A stretch of DNA of 64,000 nucleotides, from NCBI GenBank assembly GCA_045862955.1, contig BTVI01000001.1, positions 94,740 through 158,739 of the forward strand, read 5' to 3'. The position numbers were made by a program, and so were the translations under genes. Every line of letters begins with the position of its first letter. Within the stretch, counting starts at the first letter, position 1. The notes beneath the pieces are model-generated. The model did no database searches. It was not told where the DNA came from and worked only from the letters and a program-made list of their open reading frames with translations. The DNA is from Fimbriimonadales bacterium (lineage in GTDB: Bacteria > Armatimonadota > Fimbriimonadia > Fimbriimonadales > JABRVX01). Of the stretch, positions 36,694-45,234 are shown piece by piece.

Positions 36694-38124
36694 CTAGCGT
36701 GCCGGTGGTGGCTGGGCGGCGGCTTCCTTCGCCTTCTGGGCTTCCACGAAGGGCTTGATGTAGGCTTGGGCCTTCTCCTTGGTGCTGATGTCCGGGAGCT
36801 GCAGCGGCGCGGTCGCACCCAGCTTTGCCCGCACGAGCGTCGTTGCCAACCGGCTCTGCTGCGCCAAGTCGAGCGCCTTGGCCAGAACTCGCGCACACTC
36901 CTGCGGCGCATGGAAGCCCATGCCGTTGTTCGCGGCAACATAGTCCCAGTACATCTGCGCTTTCGAGATCAGCTTGCGCGGGGTCTCCAGTTCGGCATCG
37001 GTCGCACCGAGCCTGATCGCATCACCGATCTCCAGATGGCCCGCTGTGATCGCCTCCTCCGCACGGGTCAGCATCTCGCGGTTTTTGTCTTGAATGGCGG
37101 TAACCCGGCTGCGTACTTCCTGTTCGGACCACTTGTGGCATACCTGGCAGGAGTTGGCAATGTTGTACAGCGGGCTGCGCACTTGGTGATCGGTGAACTT
37201 CACGCCGCCTTCGGTCTTGTACGGCATGTGGCAGTCGGCACACGATACGCCACGGAATGCGTGGATGCCCTGCATATACACTTCCCAATCGGGGTGCTGC
37301 ATCTTGATCATCTTCGCTCCACTGATGGCATGCACCCAATCGGTGTGTTGCACTTCGTCGTAGAACTTCTCCATTGCCTCTGCGGTCAGGCCGTACTTCC
37401 AAGGAAAGACCAGGTAGTTCTCCTTCTTGCCGCGGAAGTAGTACTCGACGTGGCACTGGGCGCACACGAGGGAGCGCATCTCCTGATGGGTAACCTTCGT
37501 GATGTCCTTGCCCATCGCCTGAAAGGCCTCGCGCAACGCCGGACGGGATATGCGCAGGGCCATCGTCTTATTGTCGTGGCAGTCCGCACAGCCGATAGGG
37601 TTCTTGACCTCTCCCCGCATCGCGAGGAAGTTGCCGGAGTAGAACTTGGCAGGCCCCATCTCGGCCATCAGCCTCGGGACGTCGGGGCTCTTGCAGGTGT
37701 AGCAGGTGCCGGGGGACTTGTCGGTGATGCGTTTGGTCTTCAGCACGTCGTTCAAGCTATGGTAGTGCCCACGAGCCTGAGCATAGTCTTTCGCGAAGGC
37801 GTATCCCGCCCACATGATCACCAGCCTGGGATTGTCAGCGAGGTAATCGCGGAAGCCCGAGCCGCCGTACTTGGTGTTCTCGTCGGTCTTCTTGGTCAGC
37901 TCCCACGAGTTGTACTCGCGAGGGAAGTTGACACCCCACTTGGAGTTGTCGGACTCCCACTCAGCGATGGGCTGGATCATTTGCAACGCTAGGTATCGGG
38001 TCTCGGCGCGCCGCTCGGTGATCGAGGTGGCGAGCAGGCCGAGAATCACGACCCCCAAGACGCTGCCGAGAAAAACGAACCATCCGAGCCAAGTGCTCCC
38101 CTTCCTCTTTGGTGTGACTTCCAT
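36694..38124 (-). CDS. nrfA: pentahaem cytochrome c nitrite reductase (ammonia-forming), membrane-anchored N-terminus
   Basis: Five haem motifs in the expected order: CYTCK (the CXXCK active-site haem), CADCH, CAQCH, CADCH and CQVCH. ATG 38124 (MEVTPKRKGSTWLGWFVFLG...) is preceded by GGAGG. The upstream 132 codons of the track ORF overlap nrfH and are rejected. Confidence 0.88.
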   Translation of the reverse strand: MEVTPKRKGSTWLGWFVFLGSVLGVVILGLLATSITERRAETRYLALQMIQPIAEWESDNSKWGVNFPREYNSWELTKKTDENTKYGGSGFRDYLADNPRLVIMWAGYAFAKDYAQARGHYHSLNDVLKTKRITDKSPGTCYTCKSPDVPRLMAEMGPAKFYSGNFLAMRGEVKNPIGCADCHDNKTMALRISRPALREAFQAMGKDITKVTHQEMRSLVCAQCHVEYYFRGKKENYLVFPWKYGLTAEAMEKFYDEVQHTDWVHAISGAKMIKMQHPDWEVYMQGIHAFRGVSCADCHMPYKTEGGVKFTDHQVRSPLYNIANSCQVCHKWSEQEVRSRVTAIQDKNREMLTRAEEAITAGHLEIGDAIRLGATDAELETPRKLISKAQMYWDYVAANNGMGFHAPQECARVLAKALDLAQQSRLATTLVRAKLGATAPLQLPDISTKEKAQAYIKPFVEAQKAKEAAAQPPPAR

Positions 38125-38126
38125 GG

Positions 38127-38711
38127 CTATCTCGAACCTCCGGTCTTTTGGTCTCCTCGTACCCACGGCGGCATGATGGGGCCGGGACTGGGAACGCTTG
38201 CATTCGGCGTGGACGAGAGGCTGTGCTCCCGACCGTGGGGGACTTCTCGGTGACAATCCGTGCACTGGCGCGTGAAGTCGCTGTGGATCGGGGCGCCGAC
38301 AGCATCGAGCGTGCGGGCGTGACACCGGATGCAGTTCTGCTGGATGACGGCCTTCGACTCGGGAATCGCCTGAATCACCTGCCGCTCCTTCCTTAGAGTA
38401 AACAGTAGGCTGTGGCGGAACCCGTCCTTCATCTTGAAGTAGTACTTGGCGAGCACGCTGGTGTGCGGGACGTGGCAATCGTTGCAGTTGGTTACGCGGG
38501 CGTGGCTCGAGTGTCGCCAAGTCGTGTACTGCGGGTTCATGATGTGGCAGTTGACGCAGGCCCGAGGGTCGTCGGATAGGTAGGATGCTGCCTCCGAGAT
38601 GCGACCAACGTAGATGGCCATGCCGATGAGCACGACGACTGCGCCGAGGCTGAGCAGCCTCAGCGGTCTCGGTAGACCCGCAGCCAGAACCTCGTCGAAT
38701 AGCTTGAGCAT
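38127..38711 (-). CDS. nrfH: NapC/NirT-type tetrahaem cytochrome c, NrfH quinol dehydrogenase subunit
   Basis: N-terminal TM helix LRLLSLGAVVVLIGMAIYV. Four CXXCH motifs (CVNCH, CNDCH, CIRCH, CTDCH). The stop lies 2 nt before the nrfA ATG. Start set at ATG 38711 (MLKLFDEV...). Confidence 0.85.
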   Translation of the reverse strand: MLKLFDEVLAAGLPRPLRLLSLGAVVVLIGMAIYVGRISEAASYLSDDPRACVNCHIMNPQYTTWRHSSHARVTNCNDCHVPHTSVLAKYYFKMKDGFRHSLLFTLRKERQVIQAIPESKAVIQQNCIRCHARTLDAVGAPIHSDFTRQCTDCHREVPHGREHSLSSTPNASVPSPGPIMPPWVRGDQKTGGSR

Positions 38712-38753
38712 CGTGTGGTCGCTCCCGTCCGTCGCCTGGGCACCCTGGACACC

Positions 38754-38759
38754 ATTATC
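38754..38759 (-). promoter_or_regulatory. candidate -10 (GATAAT) of nrfHA
   Basis: The minus strand reads cacaatcgGATAATggtgtcc, 43 nt upstream of the nrfH ATG. Confidence 0.3.
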
Positions 38760-38761
38760 CG

Positions 38762-38798
38762 ATTGTGCGGAAACGCGCAATATGACCACGATCATATT
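38762..38798. promoter_or_regulatory. two adjacent inverted repeats overlapping the nrfHA core promoter (candidate operator sites)
   Basis: ATTGTGCG-N4-CGCGCAAT (38762..38781, 7 of 8 arm matches) and AATATGA-N6-TCATATT (38779..38798, perfect 7-bp arms). Confidence 0.3.
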
Positions 38799-39105
38799 CG
38801 CTGCAAGGCTCCGGTGCCTTTGCCACTCAGAGGGCGAGCATCGGGTGGGCTCGCCCGTGTCGCTCCGGAACGGGCTCCGCGGGTTGAGTGACACGGGTGA
38901 GCCGCCGAAGGCGCAGAGGCGCACTCGTTGGTATACCTTCGGAAACTGGATGGATTCCGAGATTCCCGGGTCAGACAGTTGCCATTTTTGTTTGGGTGCG
39001 CTAAACTATTTCCATCTGGTCACTTCGCCTCGAGAAGAGGCGAAAGTGGCATGTTTTCTGCGCTTGGATGGCAAGTCCTGACGAAAGGTAAAGGAGTTGC
39101 ACAAG

Positions 39106-39810
39106 ATGCGCATCATCATGGTGCTGTCCGCGCTGGCAGTCTGCGGTGCGGCTTTCTCTCAGAACTACGCTCCCGTATCCGGCGAGCTGCAGAGGTGGCG
39201 GATCGGCAACGGGGCTCCGACGCCCGGACCGGTGACCCTGTACGACAACACGGTTAACTACTTAGGCTACTATTTCCCGGGTAACTGGTGGGGTCCGGAC
39301 TTCTGGGGCATTTGTGACGACGTACACATGACCGGTGGGGGCCTGATCAACGGCTTCGAGTTCGTATATTACGATCCGGCCGGCAACACCGCGTTGACGC
39401 AGGTCGAGTGGGCCGCGTTCGACATGACCACCTACGACTCCGGTCCGGTCGGCAGTTACCTAGGCGGGGGCGTTCTCACTGGCCTTCCTGGCGATGGTTT
39501 CTGGCTGGTGCAGGTGGACCTCACAGGAAGCGGCGAGTTCTTCGCCCCCGGAGGAGACATATGGTTCTGCCTTGCTTTTGGGGGCTACTACTCCGACAGC
39601 CCTGAAGCAGGCTGGGTCATCTACGATCCGCCGGTAGTCGGAAGCAGCCACGATCTGTTCCTGAACTTTCAGGATCAGGGCATCTACAACTTCGGCGGGT
39701 TTCCGGCTGCCAGCTTCGGCCTCCGCGTCTATGCGGTCCCTGAGCCGGGCACAATCGCCGCTCTCGGGGTCGGCCTCGCAGGTCTGCTGGGGCTGCGCCG
39801 CAGGAAGTAA
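39106..39810 (+). CDS. PEP-CTERM sorting-domain secreted protein
   Basis: AAGGAG lies 9 nt before ATG 39106. Signal peptide MRIIMVLSALAVCGAAFSQ. C-terminus VPEPGTIAALGVGLAGLLGLRRRK has the PEP motif, a TM helix and a basic tail. Confidence 0.85.
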   Translation: MRIIMVLSALAVCGAAFSQNYAPVSGELQRWRIGNGAPTPGPVTLYDNTVNYLGYYFPGNWWGPDFWGICDDVHMTGGGLINGFEFVYYDPAGNTALTQVEWAAFDMTTYDSGPVGSYLGGGVLTGLPGDGFWLVQVDLTGSGEFFAPGGDIWFCLAFGGYYSDSPEAGWVIYDPPVVGSSHDLFLNFQDQGIYNFGGFPAASFGLRVYAVPEPGTIAALGVGLAGLLGLRRRK

Positions 39811-39838
39811 CCAACGGCTCTCTGTGCCGTAAGTTGGA

Positions 39839-39872
39839 CGGCTCCCCGCTCTGCGGGGAGCCGTTTCCCTTT
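39839..39872 (+). terminator. rho-independent terminator
   Basis: CGGCTCCCCGC-tct-GCGGGGAGCCG followed by TTTCCCTTT, 29 nt after the stop at 39810. Confidence 0.75.
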
Positions 39873-39879
39873 GCACCCT

Positions 39880-39888
39880 TGGTACACT
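39880..39888 (+). promoter_or_regulatory. extended -10 TGgTACACT, 7 nt upstream of ATG 39896 (leaderless-type)
   Basis: Sequence ccctTGGTACACTggccccgATG, with no SD. Confidence 0.4.
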
Positions 39889-39895
39889 GGCCCCG

Positions 39896-42043
39896 ATGGA
39901 CGAGCACACACTGCTCTTCGGAGCCGACGAGACGCAGCGCGTCGTTGCGGTAGACACCGCGGGCAGCCAGGCAAAGCTGTTCATCCGCACGCAACAGGGG
40001 GTACGCAGCGAGCTGCGCGAGTGGTCGCCGTGGATGTTCGCGGACGAGCGGTACACCCTGAAAGGGGCCCACTGGTCGGAGCTTGCCGCGCCGGAGCAGG
40101 GTGTTTGGCTACGAAATCTGGCACGGTTCGACAGCTGGGATGACCTGCGCGCGGCGCGCGAGGCGATGCAGGAAAGGGGTGCGCCGTTCCTCGCACCTGG
40201 CTCACGTGCGCGACAGTTCCTCACCGTAACGGGCATCACTTTGTTCAAGGGAATGGGCTATGCCGACCTGCACCGCCTGCAGCTCGACATCGAGACCACC
40301 TCGCTCGACCCGAGGGAGCAGGGTGCGAAGCTGCTGATGGTTGCGCTGTGCGACAACCGTGGCTACGAAAACGTCATAGCGGGCGATGAGCGCGCGATTA
40401 TTCGCCGCTTGAGCGAGGAAGTCCAGCGACTAGACCCAGACGCGATCGAGGGCCACAACCTGCTGGCATTCGACCTCCCGTATTTGCACGAGCGGGCGCA
40501 GGCAGTCGAGGAGCCGCTGTTGCTCGGGCGAGAGGAGCGCGAATTGACGAAACTCGGATACGCGCGGTCACGCTCGTGGCGGTGGAGCCAGTGGGAGGTG
40601 TACGGTAGGCATCTCGTGGACACCATGCACGCCATCCAGCGGTTCGACGTGGGGCGTGGCGAGCTGGAAAGCTATGGGCTGAAGCAAGCCGCAGTGGCAC
40701 TGGGTGTTGCTGAAGAGAACCGTATCATCCTAGATCGCACGGAGATGCAGCGGTTGGCGGAGCAGGACCCCGAGAGGGTCCGCGAGTACGCACTGCAGGA
40801 CGTGCGCGAGACCCGGTCGCTGGCCGATCTGGTGTGCGCGACCGACTTCTACCAGGCACAGATGGTGCCCGAGTCGTATCAGGCGGTCGCCGAGATGGGC
40901 ATGGGCGAGAAGATCAACGCGCTGATGCACCGCGCGTACCTCGCCGCAGGCCACGGCATCCCGCTGCCGAAGCCCCCGGGGGAGGTCCCCGGCGGCTATA
41001 CCGAGGTAAGGCGAACGGGCGTGCTGCGGCCCGTGGTCAAGGCCGATGTTCAGAGCCTGTATCCCAGCATCATGGACCGCTTCGAAATCGCTCCGAGCAG
41101 CGATGTGCTAGGGGTGTTCCTGCCGATGCTGCGCGGGCTGACGCGAAGGCGCCTCGAAGCCAAGACCCGCATGCGTGAGACGGAGGGGCAAGAACGGACT
41201 TATTGGGACGGCCTGCAGAGCTCGTTCAAGGTGCTGATCAACTCCTTCTATGGTTACCTGGGGACCAACGTGCACTTCAACGACCCGCAGGCAGCGGCAA
41301 AGGTGACAACCCAGGGCCAGGCCATCGTGCGGCGAGCCGCAGAGCAGATCGAGCGCTTGGGTGGACAGGTGATCGAGGTAGACACGGATGGCATCTACTT
41401 CGTGCCCCCTGAGGGGGTTGCGGGGTCGGAGGACGCGGAGGAGGCGTTCGTCGCTCGGGTGGGTGAGGCGCTGCCCGAGGGCATTCACTTGGTGCACGAC
41501 GGAAGCTTCCGCGCGATGCTCTCGCTGAAGGTGAAGAACTACGCGCTGCAGAGGGAGGACGGCCGACTCGTTTTTCATGGAGCGTCGCTGCGCAGCCGGG
41601 CGGACGAGCCCTTCGGCCGTGACTTCCTCAGCCGGGCGGTGGCGATGCTGTTCGAAGGAGACCGTGCGGGGCTTACCGCTCTGTACAAGGAGACCGCACG
41701 GGCCATTCTGCAGGGGGAGCTGCCTATCGAGGCGCTGGCCCGGCGTGAGCGGGTGACGGAAAAGACGTTCCGCAGCAGCTCCAAGCGGCGGGCAAAGGAG
41801 GCCGCCGAGGGGATTCAGGCCAAAGTGGGCGACTACGTGCGCGTGTACGAGGCGCAGGGCGGAGTGCTCAAGCCGCTCTCTGCCTACTCGAACGACGAGA
41901 ACCGCGATTACTACGTGGACAAGCTGCACAAGTTCGCTTGTCGGCTGGAGCCTGCGCTCGGCGAGGACCTCTCCTCCGTGTTCCCGCCTCCGTCGGTGCT
42001 GAAGGCATCCTTCGGCGAGCAGCCATCGCTATTCGAGTTCTGA
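39896..42043 (+). CDS. polB: family B DNA polymerase (Pol II-like) with 3'-5' exonuclease domain
   Basis: Exo I LQLDIETTS, Exo II GHNLLAFDLPYL and Exo III YALQDVRET. Polymerase motif A DVQSLYPSIM, motif B KVLINSFYGYLG and motif C IEVDTDGIYF. Confidence 0.88.
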   Translation: MDEHTLLFGADETQRVVAVDTAGSQAKLFIRTQQGVRSELREWSPWMFADERYTLKGAHWSELAAPEQGVWLRNLARFDSWDDLRAAREAMQERGAPFLAPGSRARQFLTVTGITLFKGMGYADLHRLQLDIETTSLDPREQGAKLLMVALCDNRGYENVIAGDERAIIRRLSEEVQRLDPDAIEGHNLLAFDLPYLHERAQAVEEPLLLGREERELTKLGYARSRSWRWSQWEVYGRHLVDTMHAIQRFDVGRGELESYGLKQAAVALGVAEENRIILDRTEMQRLAEQDPERVREYALQDVRETRSLADLVCATDFYQAQMVPESYQAVAEMGMGEKINALMHRAYLAAGHGIPLPKPPGEVPGGYTEVRRTGVLRPVVKADVQSLYPSIMDRFEIAPSSDVLGVFLPMLRGLTRRRLEAKTRMRETEGQERTYWDGLQSSFKVLINSFYGYLGTNVHFNDPQAAAKVTTQGQAIVRRAAEQIERLGGQVIEVDTDGIYFVPPEGVAGSEDAEEAFVARVGEALPEGIHLVHDGSFRAMLSLKVKNYALQREDGRLVFHGASLRSRADEPFGRDFLSRAVAMLFEGDRAGLTALYKETARAILQGELPIEALARRERVTEKTFRSSSKRRAKEAAEGIQAKVGDYVRVYEAQGGVLKPLSAYSNDENRDYYVDKLHKFACRLEPALGEDLSSVFPPPSVLKASFGEQPSLFEF

Positions 42044-42613
42044 ATCCTCAGGCAGCCGACCTGGGCTACCCATACTCGGCGAGCGAGACGTAATCCCGTC
42101 ATCCCGGCGGTCCTTATCTGGCTCCCGAATGCCGCGATGCGGCATGTGCGCGCCAAGCTCCAGGGCGGTGTTTACCACGTTGTGCGGTGCCTCCCACAGC
42201 GCGTGCGTGGGGCCACCGGGATTTCAATCTACTACGGCCACGCCGTGCTCGCTTCCACAGCCCGTGCGCGGGGCCACCAGCACCGGAAGTCCTGCATAAC
42301 GACCTCCTCGACCGGCCGCCCATCCCGTGTTGTCACGGTAGCGGATGGTGTCCGGGCAAACCTGCCGGGGCTGAGCTTTGTCGGGCAGTTGTGCCGGGTC
42401 CTTGGCATGCTGGCTGACGCGGGTGTGCGACGATAGGGCGAAGCCGGCCACGCCACGGGACTCGCATGCAGAGTGCCGCAGGATGAGCCTCGCTCCTCGT
42501 CCCTGCGTCACACCCCCATCCACCACACCCCTACCCGTCATGCCCCTACCCACCACACCCCTGCCCGTCACTCCGCCTCCCCGCCACACCCCCTACCCAC
42601 CACACCCCTACCC

Positions 42614-42718
42614 GTCATGCTGAGCCTGTCGAAGCATGCAACCGCAAGCCGCAAGCGTTGCATCGGAAGCCGCAACCATGCGGACGACGAGGTCATGCTT
42701 CGACAAGCTCAGCATGAC
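42614..42718. repeat. 105-bp palindromic element, copy 1
   Basis: GTCATGCTGAGCCTGTCGAAGCATG ... CATGCTTCGACAAGCTCAGCATGAC: 25-bp terminal inverted arms matching at 24 of 25 positions. Internal small hairpins TGCAAC..GTTGCA and CCGCA..TGCGG. Confidence 0.85.
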
Positions 42719-42907
42719 GAGGTTGAGCGCGACCAGGGCCAGCATGCACAAGCTCAGCGTGACAAAGCCCAGCTCCAACCTAGACCGACAAGCTATAACC
42801 TCGGACTCCTTAGGGGCGTCATACCCCTGCCCACCACACCCCCTACCCGCCATACCCCTACCGCCTCACCCCTGCCTCTCACACATCTCCCGATCACACT
42901 CCTACCC

Positions 42908-43012
42908 GTCATGCTGAGCCTGTCGAAGCATGCAACCGCAAACCGCAAGCGTTGCATCGGAAGCCGCCACCATGCGGACGGCGAGGTCATGCTTCGACAA
43001 GCTCAGCATGAC
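42908..43012. repeat. 105-bp palindromic element, copy 2
   Basis: Same length and arms as copy 1; three internal substitutions (four including the 2nd internal-stem change). Confidence 0.85.
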
Positions 43013-43231
43013 GAGTTCAGCGTGAACAGGCTTCGAATGACAAGGTTCAACAGGACGAGGTTCGGCATGACCAAGCCCAGCATAACGGCAATCGATGCGG
43101 CTGCTGGAAAGCGTCCGCCGACAGTGTTCGAGCCCGACACCTCGCAACGCCAACACCAACACCCCGTCCTCTCACACCCCCTACCCACAGAACCCCTACG
43201 CGCTATACCCCCGTCCACCACACCCCTACCC

Positions 43232-43336
43232 GTCATGCTGAGCCTGTCGAAGCATGCAACCGCAAGCCGCAAGCGTTACATCGGAAGCCGCCACCATGCG
43301 GACGGCGAGGTCATGCTTCGACAAGCTCAGCATGAC
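43232..43336. repeat. 105-bp palindromic element, copy 3
   Basis: Same length and arms as copy 1; three internal substitutions. Confidence 0.85.
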
Positions 43337-43601
43337 GAGGTTGAGCGCGACCAGGGCCAGCATGAACAAGCTCCGAATGACCAAGCTCAGCATGACGAGT
43401 TCAGCGTGAACAGGCTCTGAATGACAAGGTTCAACAGGACGAGCTTCAACATGACCAAGCTCAGCATGACGAGGTTCAGCACGAGCTGGTCCCAGAGCCG
43501 AGCACAGCAGTCGCTCTGTTGTGTGGCGCCGCACTGTTGGCCATGCCAAAGCGGCGGAGAGGATAGGTGTCAGGCGTCGCAGTATAGGGGCATCTCGACG
43601 C

Positions 43602-44657
43602 CTATTGCGGTGGGGACCCCGTGCGGGTCTCGGGTGGGCCGGGGGGAAGGCCCTCGGTAGGGCGGTCCGGAGGGCCGGTCGGATCGGGGATCGGAGGCGG
43701 CGTCTCCGGCGGCACCGTCTGTGGAGGCGCGGTCGGCTGGAGGGACGAGTGCCACCATGGTCGCTCCAGTACCGCGAGGACATCGGCCTCGGCAGCGTTC
43801 TGCGGGAGTTGCAATGCAGCACGTCGGACGTCCGCAGTCAACAGCGTTTCCGTCTGCCCATCCACCGGTCCGAGAACGATGACTCGAACGGAGACCGTGT
43901 CTGCGTCCGACCGAAAAACCGCCGCGGCTGCCTGTACGGCTAATGCGGCGACCGAGGCCCGCGTGAGGGGTGGTGCCGCGAGAAGGGTGAGAGTGGTCTC
44001 CGACGTGCGCGGGTCGAAGCTGAGGCCGGCCACTTGCGCAGCGATGGTGGCGTCGGCGGCCCCGATGCGCCGCAACACCTCCGCCTCCCGAGCCGTCTGC
44101 TGTGCAGCGGGCGGGCCGTGGTACTCGAGGCGACGCTGCACGAAATCGGGGTCGGGTTCGGGGGGTGCCTCCGCCATTCGTCTGCCTGCGAGGAAGCCGG
44201 CTGCCGCGACCGTTGCGGCAACTAGCAGGAACAGCCCCCAGACCCACGGTCCCAGGCGGTCACCAGCTCGAGACGGCGCGCTCTCATTTGCTGAGTTCGG
44301 GCGTTGCGCTAGGTGCTCGAGCCGCGCCTTGGCTTGCGTGTTGGCGGGATCGATCTCCAGGGTCGAGAGGAACCATTGTCGGGCATCCTCTTCCTTGCCT
44401 TGGTCGAGCAGGATGTCTCCCATGAGAGCATTTGCGGTCGCGTGGTTCGGGTAGCGTCGAAGGATCTCCAGGCAGACCTTCTCCGCCTGCTGCACTTCTC
44501 CCCGCATTCTCAGCAGGTTGGCGCGCGCGAGTGACGGATACACTTCCCTATCCGCGCCTTCCACGGCTTCGAAGCTGTCGTCGAGCGGCGCGCCACACTC
44601 GGGGCAGTGCTTCCTATCGGGGCCGACCTCGGCCATGCATTTGTCGCAAATCCTCAT
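43602..44657 (-). CDS. zinc-ribbon / TPR membrane protein with Pro-rich C-terminal tail
   Basis: [25 protein letters not shown] is a CxxC..CxxC zinc ribbon. TPR-like [44 protein letters not shown] helix [21 protein letters not shown]. The ATG overlaps the dut stop (ATGA). Confidence 0.65.
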   Translation of the reverse strand: MRICDKCMAEVGPDRKHCPECGAPLDDSFEAVEGADREVYPSLARANLLRMRGEVQQAEKVCLEILRRYPNHATANALMGDILLDQGKEEDARQWFLSTLEIDPANTQAKARLEHLAQRPNSANESAPSRAGDRLGPWVWGLFLLVAATVAAAGFLAGRRMAEAPPEPDPDFVQRRLEYHGPPAAQQTAREAEVLRRIGAADATIAAQVAGLSFDPRTSETTLTLLAAPPLTRASVAALAVQAAAAVFRSDADTVSVRVIVLGPVDGQTETLLTADVRRAALQLPQNAAEADVLAVLERPWWHSSLQPTAPPQTVPPETPPPIPDPTGPPDRPTEGLPPGPPETRTGSPPQ

Positions 44658-45115
44658 AGTGCCTCTTTTCCGGTATGACCGAAGCCGCCGCTCCCGCGTT
44701 CCGTCTCGGGGAGATCGGTTACCACTCTGAGCTCAGCCCGGCTCACCGGCGCGATTACCATCTGCGCGATGCGCTCTCCCGGCTGTATGGTGTACGGCTC
44801 TGCGCCCCAGTTGATGAGGATTACCTCGATGACACCGCGATAGTCGGCGTCCACCGTACCCGGCGAGTTGACGAGACCGATTCCGTGCTTGTCGGCGAGA
44901 CCGCTCCGCGGCCGGACCTGAGCCTCGTATCCGTCTGGCAGGGCGATGCGGACCCCGGTAGAAATGCGTGCTCGCTCGCCGGGTACTAGCTCTACGGGCT
45001 CGTCGCAGTAGGCATGCAGGTCCATCCCGGCACATCCGCTCGTTGCATACGCAGGCGGTCGCGCTCCGGGCTCGAGGCTCACTTGGACAGGTACGAATGC
45101 CGGTTCGTCGCTCAC
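44654..45115 (-). CDS. dut: dUTP diphosphatase
   Basis: [40 protein letters not shown] and the C-terminal [11 protein letters not shown] motifs. GTG start. Confidence 0.9.
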   Translation of the reverse strand: MSDEPAFVPVQVSLEPGARPPAYATSGCAGMDLHAYCDEPVELVPGERARISTGVRIALPDGYEAQVRPRSGLADKHGIGLVNSPGTVDADYRGVIEVILINWGAEPYTIQPGERIAQMVIAPVSRAELRVVTDLPETERGSGGFGHTGKEAL

Positions 45116-45234
45116 AACCCCGCATTGTGTCGCATTCGCCCTGGCTACGGCAGTCCGCGGCGAAAACCTTGGTTCCCGGGCCCCGACAATGGAAGAACGG
45201 AATTAGCGGAAGTATTGCGATGAGGAGACGCTCA

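Larger units (their letters stand above)
42480..43500. repeat. non-coding composite repeat locus: three units, each with a C-rich tract, a 105-bp palindromic element and a degenerate 15-bp tandem array
   Basis: Read directly from the sequence. C-rich CCACCACACCCCTACCC-type tracts lie at about 42496..42613, 42822..42907 and 43150..43231. 15-bp units nAGnTCAGCATGAC lie at about 42704..42778, 42998..43088 and 43322..43486. Confidence 0.85.

Noticed and set aside
36766-37992. 408-aa plus-strand ORF
   Set aside because: It is entirely antisense to nrfA, which is supported by five ordered haem motifs. Its composition is a GC-rich artefact.
38125-38520. N-terminal 132 codons of the 608-aa ORF 36694..38520 (extended NrfA)
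   Set aside because: This part overlaps the nrfH coding region in another frame and is Arg/Pro-rich. The internal ATG 38124 has a GGAGG SD and is followed by a proper membrane anchor.
38712-38924. N-terminal 71 codons of ORF 38127..38924 (extended NrfH)
   Set aside because: No SD, and the composition is implausible. ATG 38711 gives the canonical short cytoplasmic tail plus TM helix of NapC/NirT-type proteins, and the upstream DNA holds promoter-like elements.
42614-43336. Possible CRISPR array (three identical-length repeats with variable intervening sequence)
   Set aside because: The repeats are 105 bp and strongly palindromic, the spacers are 189-219 bp and internally repetitive, and there are only three copies. 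No cas genes are present. This is not CRISPR-like.
42473-43420. 315-aa plus-strand ORF, together with the 198-aa minus-strand ORF 43226..43822
   Set aside because: Both are translations of the composite repeat locus. They contain identical peptide blocks (VMLSLSKHATA.RKR.IGSR.HAD.EVMLRQAQHDE), show 5-aa periodicity from the 15-bp repeats, and both strands are open. There is no start context.
39896-43600. polB plus the repeat locus as a mobile element (pipolin or casposon-like)
   Set aside because: No integrase, recombinase, Cas1, terminal direct repeats or tRNA target are visible in the window. The PolB has the standard KxxxNSxYG and DTD motifs rather than piPolB-type variants. It is kept only as a low-priority question.
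44968-45234. Upstream 89 codons of ORF 44968..46812 (extended TolB-like protein)
   Set aside because: This part is antisense to dut and Arg-rich. ATG 45235 has a GAGGAG SD and is immediately followed by a lipoprotein signal peptide.
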